Shown: positions 1 to 8,041, counted from the first letter of the stretch. The stretch is 14,571 bases of DNA from Octopus sinensis (GCF_006345805.1 NW_021825744.1:1-14571), one strand, 5' to 3'. Program-made: numbers and translations. The notes: a model not told the origin generated them from the letters alone.

Positions 1-49
1 TGGTGGTTGTGGTGGTGATAGCTATTGTAGTGGTAGTTGTTTTGATAGA

Positions 50-80
<31 letters not shown>

Positions 81-648
81 TTTGTGCTGATGGTGATAAT
101 TGTGGTATTGGTGTTAGATGTGGTGGAAGTGATGATGGAGTTGGTAGTAGTGATGCTAGTGATGGTGGTGGAGGTGGTGGTAGTGATGCTGGTGGTGGTG
201 GTAGTGGCTGTCATGGAGGTAATGGTAATGGTGGTAGTGGTGGTGGTGATGTAGTGATGGTTGTAGTAGTGATGGTGGTGGTGGTTGTAGTGGTGATGGT
301 GGTAGTGGTGGTTGTAGTAGTGGTGGTGGTGATGTAGTTATGGTTGTAGTAGTGCTGGTGGTGGTGGTGGTAGTGGCTGTCATGGAGGTAATGGTAATGG
401 TGGTAGTGGTGGTGGTGGTGTGGTGGTGGTGGTGGTTGTGGTGGTGGTGGTGGTGGTGGTGGTGGTTGTAGTGGTGATGGTGGTAGTGGTGGTTGTAGTA
501 GTGGTGGTGGTGATGTAGTTATGGTTGTAGTAGTGCTGGTGGTGGTGGTTGTAGTGGTGATGGTGGTAGTGGTAGTTATAGCAGTAGTGGTTATGTAGTG
601 ATGATGGTGGTTGTGGTAGTGGTGGTGGTAGTAGTGATGGTGGTGGTG
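1..648. repeat. (GGT/GTA/GAT)n trinucleotide low-complexity tract with an internal ~169-bp duplication
   Basis: Continuous GGT/GTA/GAT triplets; the motif CTGTCATGGAGGTAATGGTAATGG occurs at 208 and 377 (period 169). Confidence 0.95.
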
Positions 649-799
649 TATATACCTATGATTTATATCCACACTAATTGTATTTCAGCTTTCGATGGAA
701 CCTTCTGGGAATTTTCAACAGTGACACCAGCAGCGACACCTTCTGGCAGACTTACGTCTTAAATCTGTCTTTTTGTTTGCAAAGAAGACAGTGACACGA

Positions 800-1000
800 C
801 GGCGGCGGTGGTGGTGGTGGCGGTGGCGGATGTGCTGGTGGTGGTTGGTGGTGGTGGTGGTGGTGGTGGTGGTGGGGTGGTAGTTGCAGGGAAGGGGGGG
901 AGTGATTGATAGATTGTGATAGAGAGAAAAGAGAACCCAGTGAGGAGGAGGGAAAAAGTGAGGCAGAGTGGGAGAAAGAGAGGTAGAGAGAGAGAGAGAG
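800..1000. repeat. (GGT)n tract followed by a purine-rich GA tract
   Basis: GGT/GGC triplets at about 800-880, then G-run and GAGA/GGAG-rich sequence to about 1000. Confidence 0.85.
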
Positions 1001-1025
1001 CATGGGAGGGAAAAATATGTATTGC

Positions 1026-1097
1026 GTGTGTGTGTGTGTGTATACACACACACGCAGATGCATGAATATGTATGTATGTATGATTGTATGTATGTAT
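1026..1097. repeat. Compound microsatellite (TG)n/(CA)n/(TATG)n
   Basis: Direct reading. Confidence 0.9.
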
Positions 1098-1098
1098 A

Positions 1099-1490
1099 TC
1101 TCTTTTACGCTCTTTTACTTGTTTCAGTCATCTGACTGTGGCCATGCTGGAGCACCACCTTTAGTCAAGCAAATCGACCCCAGGACTTATTCTTTGTAAG
1201 CCTAGTACTTATTCTATTGGTCTCTTTTGCTGAACCGCTAAGTAACGCGAACATACACTCACCAGCATCAGTTGTCGCGATGTTGAAACAGACACACAAA
1301 CGTATACACACACACATACATATATATGATGGGCTTCTTTCAATTTCCATCTACCAAATCCACTCACAAGGCTTTGGTCAGCCCAAGGCTATAGAAGAAG
1401 ACACTTGCCCAAGGTGCTACACAATGGGACTGAACCCGGAACCATGTGGTTCATAAGCAAGCTACTTACCACACAGCCACTCCTACACCT
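1099..1490 (-). mobile_element. tRNA-derived CORE-like SINE (octopus OR2-like), near full length
   Basis: The minus strand has an A-box-like TGGCTGTGTGGT, a B-box-like GGGTTCAGTCCC, CORE-like ACCTTGGGCAAGTGTC, an internal (TA/TG)n and a 3' tail ending TGACTGAAACAAGTAAAAGAG. It aligns with the copies at 4806, 5596, 9003, 10757 and 14490. The family name is from memory. Confidence 0.9.
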
Positions 1491-1520
1491 ACTGTATGTA
1501 TGTATGTTTATGTGTATGTA

Positions 1521-1820
1521 TGTTATTATTCAGTCTATTTCAAGGTTTCTCGCCAAAGGAGAAAGAACCGGTTTCTAACCTAGATCCCAGGTTCCTTCAT
1601 TGGAATTTCAACATCAACAACGGAGCATTTTTGTTTGTATGTATGTATGTATGTATGGAGGTATGTATGTATGTATTTATGTATGTGCAAATTTGTTTGT
1701 TTTGAGTATGTATTCTCATGCTATATATATTTACATATCTAGACATACTCATATGTATTTAAACAATAAACTTCTAGAAAGTTTTACAGATTTATAGTTT
1801 CAGTGATCACTTGAATCTCT
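1521..1820 (-). mobile_element. 5'-truncated RLE non-LTR retrotransposon 3' end (family A, copy 2)
   Basis: Aligns by eye to 1821-2095 (last ~25 codons plus 3' UTR, ending GGTTAGAAACC...CTTGAAA...ACTGAATAATAACATAC). It runs into a (CATA)n tract at 1493-1520. Confidence 0.85.
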
Positions 1821-2455
1821 GTATGTCATCATCCAGTTTTATTTCAAGATTTTGTTTTCCCATTTAAGAAACAGCTGGTTTCTAACCTTGATCCAAGTTT
1901 CCTTCATTGAAATTTCAACAATATAAACAGGGTATTTTTGTATGTATATATGTATATGTGCAGATTTGTATGTTTTATGTATGTATTCTCATGCTGTTTA
2001 TATTTACATATCTAGACCTGTTCATATATATTTAAATGATAAACTCCTGGAAAGTTTTGCAGATTTTTACAGTTCCAGTGATGGATTGGATCTGTAGTCT
2101 TTGAATCAGCTTTCTTCTTTCTAGTTTTGAGAAGCCTAATTTCTCAAGATTGCTATTCAGGCAGTGTGTTACATATCCCAGGGCCCCAATAATTACAGGT
2201 ATAAAACCTGAACTTGTAATCTGGATAGAGTAACTGTAGATTCTTCAATAGTTCAGTGTAGGTATTCTCTTTTTCACTAATATTTAGCTTTATGTTAACA
2301 TCTGCTGGGCAGCTGATTTCCCCAACTGTGCACAGTTTCTCTTCTCTATCCCAAATCATTATATCGGGTCTCTTGTGCTTGCATTTTATTGAGGTCTTCA
2401 CTGGGACATTCCACCACTGTTCCTTTTTATTATGAGTGGTTATGGCTTCTAACAT
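1821..2455 (-). mobile_element. 5'-truncated RLE non-LTR retrotransposon (family A, copy 1; R4/Dong-like, CRE not excluded)
   Basis: Carries an endonuclease-domain ORF plus 3' UTR ending ACTGGATGATGACATAC. The 5' end abuts (TGTA)n at 2456-2550. Confidence 0.9.
2032..2455 (-). pseudogene. Restriction-like endonuclease (PD-(D/E)xK) C-terminal domain of a non-LTR retrotransposon, one frameshift
   Basis: KRPDIMIWDREEKLCTVGEISCPADVNIKLNISEKENTYTELLKNLQLLYPDYKFRF; removing one base of the A-run at 2203-2206 continues as IPVIIGALGYVTHCLNSNLEKLGFSKLERRKLIQRLQIQSITGTVKICKTFQEFII* (stop at 2034-2032). RPD..E..K and PVIIGALG are typical RLE-clade motifs. Confidence 0.92.
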
Positions 2456-2550
2456 GTGTATGTATGTATGTGCATATAGGTTTGTATGTATATGTGTATT
2501 TATTTATGTATGGATGTATATGTGTGTTTATGTATGTATGTGTATGTATC
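2456..2550. repeat. Degenerate (TGTA)n microsatellite
   Basis: Direct reading. Confidence 0.9.
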
Positions 2551-2854
2551 ATTGCTGTTGTGTTAAACTGTCATATGTCCAAATTTGACCAAATAGGTAT
2601 TTTACAATATTTATTCTTGCTTAGAGTAGCTGGTTCTTTTGGTCAAATTATCGTATCTCCAGCTGCTTCAGATGCTAAGATATCAAAAATTGTCAAAGTG
2701 TAGTACAACGATTTTGCTATGGAATGGGGAAACTATTTTTCGTTTTCTGAATAAGCAATGTTTTGTTACAACACTTTTGTATCATAGCAACAATATATAT
2801 ATATATCATTGCTATGGCTGTTTTTGTATATGTGGAATAGTGTACACATCCTTT

Positions 2855-2857
<3 letters not shown>

Positions 2858-2894
<37 letters not shown>

Positions 2895-3083
2895 TATATA
2901 TACATATATGTTTGTGTGAGTGTGTGTATGTATGTGTGCATATAAAAGAAGGTTAAAATAATTGTACACATGCACACACACACACACACATAAGCACACA
3001 CATGCACAGAAAGAGAGGGAGAGGGTATGAGAAATACAGATTTACATGTAGATAGGTAGAAATATATAGGTAGATAGATGGAT

Positions 3084-3117
<34 letters not shown>
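2858..3117. repeat. Microsatellite cluster (AT)n, (TG)n, (CA)n, (GA)n, (TAGA)n, (AT)n
   Basis: Direct reading. Confidence 0.9.
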
Positions 3118-3500
3118 TCATCATTGTTTACTGTCCACCTTCCATGGTAGCATGGGTGCAACAGTTTGACAGGAGCCGGCCAGACAGAAGCTGCACCAGA
3201 CTTCTGTGACTGTTTTGGCATGATTTTTATAGCTAGGTGCCCTTCCTAACACCAACCACTTAACAGGTATTGACTGAGTGCTTTTAAGTGGTACCTGCAC
3301 TGATGGGATCACCAAGTACTTGCAGGACAAAAAAAAAACTTTCAAGAGGGGTGGAGACATTGGAGGAGGTGATCTTGTGTCAGATGATGAAAGGTTATAG
3401 TGAGACAGAGAGGCAGAATCAGGTGTCTTGCTGTAGAGGAACTAAAAGGTTACCTGGCCAAGGGGTGGAGAAAAGGAGAGAGAGAAATCAGGAATAAAGG
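3118..3500 (-). mobile_element. Retroposon remnant with an RTE-type 3' tail (SINE or LINE 3' end)
   Basis: The minus strand has GTGGTTGGTGTTAGGAAGGGCACCTAGCTATAAAA, resembling the GGAAGGGCATCC(A/G)GC..TAAAA motif of RTE-clade 3' ends, and ends in a short (TGA)n. The family is recognised from memory only. Confidence 0.65.
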
Positions 3501-3504
3501 CCAT

Positions 3505-3509
3505 GAGCT

Positions 3510-3603
<94 letters not shown>

Positions 3604-3610
3604 ATTATAT
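3505..3610. repeat. (ATCT)n followed by (AT)n
   Basis: Direct reading. Confidence 0.95.
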
Positions 3611-3782
3611 TTTTCCTCTGTCTTCCCTTCTCTGGATCTTCCTTCTCCTATGTTTCTGACGAAGAACTCCGCTCGAAACGTTAAACCCTCCTTCTTTCTT
3701 TCTTTCCTGAGCGTCCAATAATACTATATTTGTTCCACATCCTCGCGTTGTGTTTTTTGTGCTTTCTTGTTTGGATTAACTT
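3611..3782 (+). mobile_element. Probable Penelope-like element terminal (pLTR) fragment between two (TA)n tracts
   Basis: About 170 bp of complex sequence flanked on both sides by (TA)n and containing the CTGACGA...GAAACGT minimal hammerhead motif characteristic of Penelope-like pLTRs. No RT or GIY-YIG ORF is present. Confidence 0.6.
3652..3686 (+). ncRNA. Minimal type I hammerhead ribozyme motif, degenerate
   Basis: Stem I GTTT(3652-3655)/AAAC(3683-3686); CTGACGA(3656-3662) plus an extra A; stem II GAAC-TCC-GCTC with one A.C mismatch; GAAA(3675-3678); palindromic ACGT in place of stem III; predicted cleavage after U3682 (GUU). Confidence 0.6.
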
Positions 3783-3823
<41 letters not shown>

Positions 3824-3831
3824 ATGTATTT

Positions 3832-4107
3832 ATAAATATAATTAAGGGTTTAGCAACAAGTAGCTTCACCACATACCGAAAATTTAGAAATAGCAGCCAA
3901 AGACAGCTAATTCCTTTTCACTACAGATATGACTCCACAGATAACAATATTTGTAACTGAGCTGCAAATATTGTTACAAATGAGTTACAGATATTGTTAT
4001 CTGGAGTCATATCTGTAGTGAAAAGGAATTCGCTGTCTTTGGCTACTATTTCTAAATTTTCGGTATGCAGTGAAGCAACTTGTTGCTAAACCCTTAATTA
4101 TATTTAT
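3832..4107. repeat. 276-bp foldback (long inverted repeat), MITE-like
   Basis: Arms of ~127 bp (3832-3958 versus 3983-4107) match as reverse complements with 6 substitutions and one 2-nt indel by manual alignment; AT-rich flanks. Confidence 0.95.
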
Positions 4108-4501
4108 TATTATATATATAAAAACTTTTTGTAAAAGTTTTCTTCCGACAATGGTTCTTTTTCTATACCGAAACTACTTAGTAAAATTTATTAATTATTA
4201 AATTAATTACCCTATATCTGTAATGAGTATATATATATATACATATACAAAATAAGAAAATGGAGGAATAGATTCCTTTCAATCATCAACTACCAGATAA
4301 TACCAATTCATATAATTTATTAACTAATTATTTAGATTAAATAGGAACATCCAAATCCAACAGAATAAGACAGAATAAAACAATATACATCAATAAGTAA
4401 CATTATACCATAAGAATAATACATATAAAATGGATCTTACAGCTGTTTCAGCCTGTAGATAAGAGTATCTCATTATGCCCATATTAGTCAGATGTATTGA
4501 G

Positions 4502-4502
<1 letters not shown>

Positions 4503-4532
<30 letters not shown>
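4503..4532. repeat. (GA)n microsatellite
   Basis: Direct reading. Confidence 0.95.
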
Positions 4533-4535
<3 letters not shown>

Positions 4536-4805
4536 TAATGAAGGCAGCTATACACAATATGTAACCAAAAAGGAAAAGTTCAATTGTCTCCAATTGTGAT
4601 TGAGGCTGCTGAGTAGTGCCTATATTGCTAGAAATAAGAGTTAAACACCCTTAGAGCTGCAAGAAAGCATATTTACATATACCAAGAGGGGAGATAACCA
4701 CCCCTTAAGTGAAGCTAGATCACTAGATTAGACATTTTTTTCATTCTCTCCATTCTTTTGTTCTCCCTCCATTTTTTAATTCTCTCTCCATTTTTTCGTT
4801 CTCTC

Positions 4806-5215
4806 TCAGTCATTTGACTGTGGCCATGCTGGAGCACCGCCTTTAGTTGAGCAAATCGACTCCAGGGACTTATTCTTTTTAAGCCTAGTAGTACTTATTC
4901 TATCGGTCTCTTTTGCCAAACTGCTAAGTGACGGGGACGTAAACACACCAGCATCGGTTGTCAAGCAATGTTAGGGGAACAAACACAGACACACAAACAC
5001 ACACACGCATATATATATATATATACACACACATACATATATATATACATATATACAACAGGCTTCTTTCAGTTTCCATCTACCAAATCCACTCACAAGG
5101 CTTTGGTCGGCCCGAGGCTATAGTAGAAGACACTTGCCCAAGGTGCCACGCAGTGGGAATGAAACCCAGAACCATGTGGTTGGTAAGCATGTTACATACC
5201 ACACAGCCACTCCTG
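4806..5215 (-). mobile_element. CORE-like tRNA SINE, near full length
   Basis: Colinear with 1099-1490; internal (CA)/(TA) microsatellite at about 4990-5055. Confidence 0.92.
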
Positions 5216-5595
5216 AATTTTTTCTCAACTACAACTTCAGTCTTCGTGCTCTCCAACGCCGTTAACTATTCACCAATTCCTGAAAAATGGAAATATACAA
5301 CATTGTTAAATTTTTCCCAAACACCCTGTATATTTGTATGTAACCATCAAACCATTATACCATTAATCTTCGTGCTCTCCTACGCCATTGACCATTCACC
5401 AATATGTCAAACTGTTCCTGAAAATGGAGACAAATAATCACCATATTTCTCCCTAACACCCCGTATATCTGTACGTAACCATTAAACCACCATACAATTA
5501 TACAACTAAGTTACCATCATATATAACCACGAAGCCACCAAACTCCTTTACCATCTTGTAACCAACACACAATACCATAGCTCTTTCTATACCAT

Positions 5596-5892
5596 CAAAG
5601 CCTTGTGAGTGGATTTGGTAGACGGGAACTGAAAGAAGCCCGTCATGTATATATATATATATATATATGAGTGTGTGTATATGCTTGTGTGTCTGTGTTT
5701 GTCTTCACAACATCGCTTGACAACTGATGCTGGTGTGTTTACGTCCCCGTAACTTAGTGGTTCGGCAAAAGAGACCGATAGAATAAGTACTAGGCTTACA
5801 AAGAATAAGTCCTGAGGTCGTTTTGCTTGACTAAAGGTGGTGCTCCAGCATGGCCACAGTCAAATGACTGAAACAAGTAAACAAGTACAAGA
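5596..5892 (+). mobile_element. CORE-like tRNA SINE, 5'-truncated
   Basis: Starts at CAAAGCCTTGTGAGTGG and is the reverse complement of 4806-5105; tail GAAACAAGTAAACAAGTACAAGA. Confidence 0.92.
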
Positions 5893-5993
5893 GCGCATAA
5901 AAAAATCACCAAATTTCTCCCAAACACCCTGTATATCTGTACATAACCATTAAACCACCATACAATTATACTACTATGCTACCATCATATATA

Positions 5994-6845
5994 TGTTTCT
6001 TTACTACCCACAAGGGGCTAAACACAGAGAGGACAAACAAGGACAGACAAACGGATTAAGTTGATTACGTCGACTCCAGTGCGTAACTGGTACTTATTTA
6101 ATCGACCCCGAAAGGATGAAACGCAAAGTTGACCGTGGCAGAATTTGAACTCAGAACGTAACGGCAGAAGGAATACCGCTAAACATTTTGCCAGCTTGCT
6201 AATGTTTCTTATTTCTTTATTACCCACAAGGGGTTAAACATAGAGGGGACAAACAAGGTCAGATAAAGGGATTAAGTCGATTACATCAACCCCAGTGCAT
6301 AACTGGTACTTTATTTATCGACCCCGAAAGGATGAAAGGCAAAGTTGACCGTGGCAGAATTTGAACTTAGAACGTAATGGCAGACGAAATACCGCTAAAC
6401 ATTTCGCCTAGCTTGCTAATGTTTCTTATTTCTTTATTGCCCACAAGGGGTTAAACATAGAGGGGACAAACAAGGACAGATAAAGGGATTAAGTCGATTA
6501 CATCGACTCCAGTGCGTAACTGGTACTTAATTTATCGAACCCGAAAGGATGAATGGCAAAGTCAACCTCGGAGAAATTTGAACTCAGAACATAACGACAG
6601 ACGAAATACCTATTTCTTTACTACCCACAAGGGGCTAAACACAGAGGGAACAAACAAGGACAGACAAACGGATTAAGTCCATTATATCGACCCCAGTGCA
6701 TAACTGGTACTTAATTTATCGACCCCGAAAGGATGAAAGGCAAAGTCGAACTCGGCAGAATTTGAACTCAGAACATAAAGGCAGACGAAATACAGCTACG
6801 CATTTCACCCATCGTGCTAAGGTTTCTGCCAGCTCGCTGCCTTAT
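5994..6845 (-). mobile_element. Head-to-tail tetramer of a second tRNA-derived SINE family (octopus OK/OR1-like), flanked by a 15-bp direct repeat
   Basis: Units at about 6611-6845 (full head GAGCTGGCAGAAAC, B-box GAGTTCAAATT), 6421-6610, 6204-6420 and 5994-6203. Each has GACTTTGC(C/G)TTTCATCCTTTCGGG. CTACCATCATATATA occurs at 5979-5993 and 6846-6860. Confidence 0.92.
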
Positions 6846-7254
6846 CTACCATCATATATAACCACTAAGCCACCAAACTCCTTTACCATCTTGTAACCGA
6901 CACACAATACCATGGCTCTTTCCATACCATCATATACCACCCAACCAGCAACAAGGCCGTCAAAACAAGCCGTTAAATGATAAATGATTTGTTGCTGGGT
7001 AATCAATCATGTTGACATTGTGTGTTTGTTATAAACTTGAATTGTAATTCTCAGAAGACACCAGAATGATAAATGGCAAACAGACACCAGGCGCTGGCTG
7101 CGAACATTGCTCTCTCTCATGATGTTCACTGCAGTTCGCCTAAACATTGTTCTATTATTGTGTTCACTGCGACAGAGTTACATTGTGTTGTTATAATGTT
7201 CACTACACCTCACTCACAGATTTAGGATGTTCACCCTAACATAACTATTTGGTA

Positions 7255-7280
7255 TCATCATCATCATCATCATTATTATA

Positions 7281-7333
<53 letters not shown>

Positions 7334-7371
7334 CATCATTATTATTATTATCATCATTATTATTATTATTA

Positions 7372-7407
<36 letters not shown>
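7255..7407. repeat. (CAT)n/(ATT)n microsatellite
   Basis: Direct reading. Confidence 0.95.
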
Positions 7408-7409
<2 letters not shown>

Positions 7410-7570
7410 TTTTTTTTTTTTCTTCTTTCAAATTTGCTTCCATTACTTGCCGAGTGTCTTCCCGACTCCTAGGGCAAAGAAACTCATAGTATACATTGGT
7501 AGTCCATTAAACTAAACTCACTAGTTCGTTCATTTTTTTTTAAGTTAAATTAAAATACATGGGTAGTAAT
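7408..7570 (-). mobile_element. Probable LINE 3' end (family B, copy 1) with poly(A), in (TAA)n
   Basis: T-run at 7408-7421 adjoins (ATT)n. The body is nearly identical to 7591-7740 (4 substitutions and a T-run length difference by eye). The architecture matches the RLE LINE at 8572; no ORF evidence. Confidence 0.6.
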
Positions 7571-7580
7571 ATTATTATTA

Positions 7581-7765
7581 TTTTTTTTTTCTTCTTTCAA
7601 ATTTGCTTCCATTTCTTGCCGAGCGTCTTCCCGACTCCTAGGGCAAAGAAACTCATAGTATACATTGGTAGGCCATTAAACTAAACTCAATAGTTCGTTC
7701 ATTTTTTTTTTAAGTTAAATTAAAATACATGGGTAGTAATAGTTCTCACATCGACAATGCTCTTC
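7581..7765 (-). mobile_element. Probable LINE 3' end (family B, copy 2) with poly(A), in (TAA)n
   Basis: T-run at 7581-7590; period 170 relative to copy 1; 25 nt longer at the 5' end; (ATT)n on both sides. Confidence 0.6.
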
Positions 7766-7836
7766 TTATTATTGTTATTATTATTGTTATTATTATTATT
7801 ATTATTATTGTTATTGTTATTATTATTGTTATTATT
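7766..7836. repeat. (ATT/GTT)n microsatellite
   Basis: Direct reading. Confidence 0.9.
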
Positions 7837-8041
7837 AGAGTAGGGACCTGGCTGAATCGTTAGCATACTGGACGGCGGTTTTTCGCCAATCACTACGTTC
7901 TGAGTTCAAATTCTGCTGAGGTCAACTTTGCCTTTCATCCTTTCAGGGTTGATAAATTAAGTACCAGTTGAATACTGGGGTCGATGTAATCGACTATCCT
8001 CCTCCCCCACGTTTCAAACCTTGTGCCTTTAGTAGAGAGGA
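7837..8041 (+). mobile_element. Second SINE family, monomer with an alternative 3' tail
   Basis: CTGGCTGAATCGTTAGC head, GAGTTCAAATTC B-box, GGTCAACTTTGCCTTTCATCCTTTC core; tail CCTTGTGCCTTTAGTAGAGAGG runs into (ATT)n. Confidence 0.88.

Larger units (their letters stand above)
5239..6932 (+). repeat. Degenerate local direct repeats (three partial units) interrupted by SINEs
   Basis: TCTTCGTGCTCTCC...CCTGAAAA...ACACCC.GTATAT.TGTA..TAACCAT.AAACCA occurs at about 5240-5366 and 5367-5500. Segment 5436-5596 recurs as 5903-5993 plus 6861-6932. Confidence 0.85.

Noticed and set aside
689-762. Plus-strand exon FDGTFWEFSTVTPAATPSGRLTS*
   Set aside because: Plausible acceptor, but no strong donor, short frames and no recognisable domain; kept only as an alternative in the splice-site finding.
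3-1063. Val/Met-rich, Thr/His/Pro-rich ORFs suggesting mucin- or extensin-like proteins
   Set aside because: They are translations of (GGT)n/(CCA)n tracts, open in several frames on both strands, with no domain-like sequence.
2582-2649. 12-bp inverted repeat AATTTGACCAAA/TTTGGTCAAATT as a pre-miRNA
   Set aside because: The 44-nt interior pairs poorly, so the stem is too short for a Drosha/Dicer hairpin.
2625-2703. Possible plus-strand terminal exon VAGSFGQIIVSPAASDAKISKIVKV* after TTCTTGCTTAG
   Set aside because: No recognisable homology and no supporting neighbouring exons; acceptor-like words are common in AT-rich DNA.
2783-2816. Small AT-centred palindrome (also 4121-4141)
   Set aside because: Short and largely explained by self-complementary (AT)n or A/T runs.
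4432-4495. Second hammerhead-like motif on the minus strand (GAAACAGCTGTA with palindromic ACAGCTGT)
   Set aside because: No properly placed CUGANGA, and stem I/II do not close around the core; at most a decayed Penelope-like end.
6780-6845. tRNA genes at SINE heads (also 1420-1490, 7837-7915, 14490-14555)
   Set aside because: A/B-box-like motifs are present, but I could not build a cloverleaf with an acceptor stem, and each continues into SINE body.
7055-7198. Short plus-strand frame RHQNDKWQTDTRRWLRTLL... after TAATTCTCAG
   Set aside because: No homology or donor, and it runs into minisatellite-like remnants.
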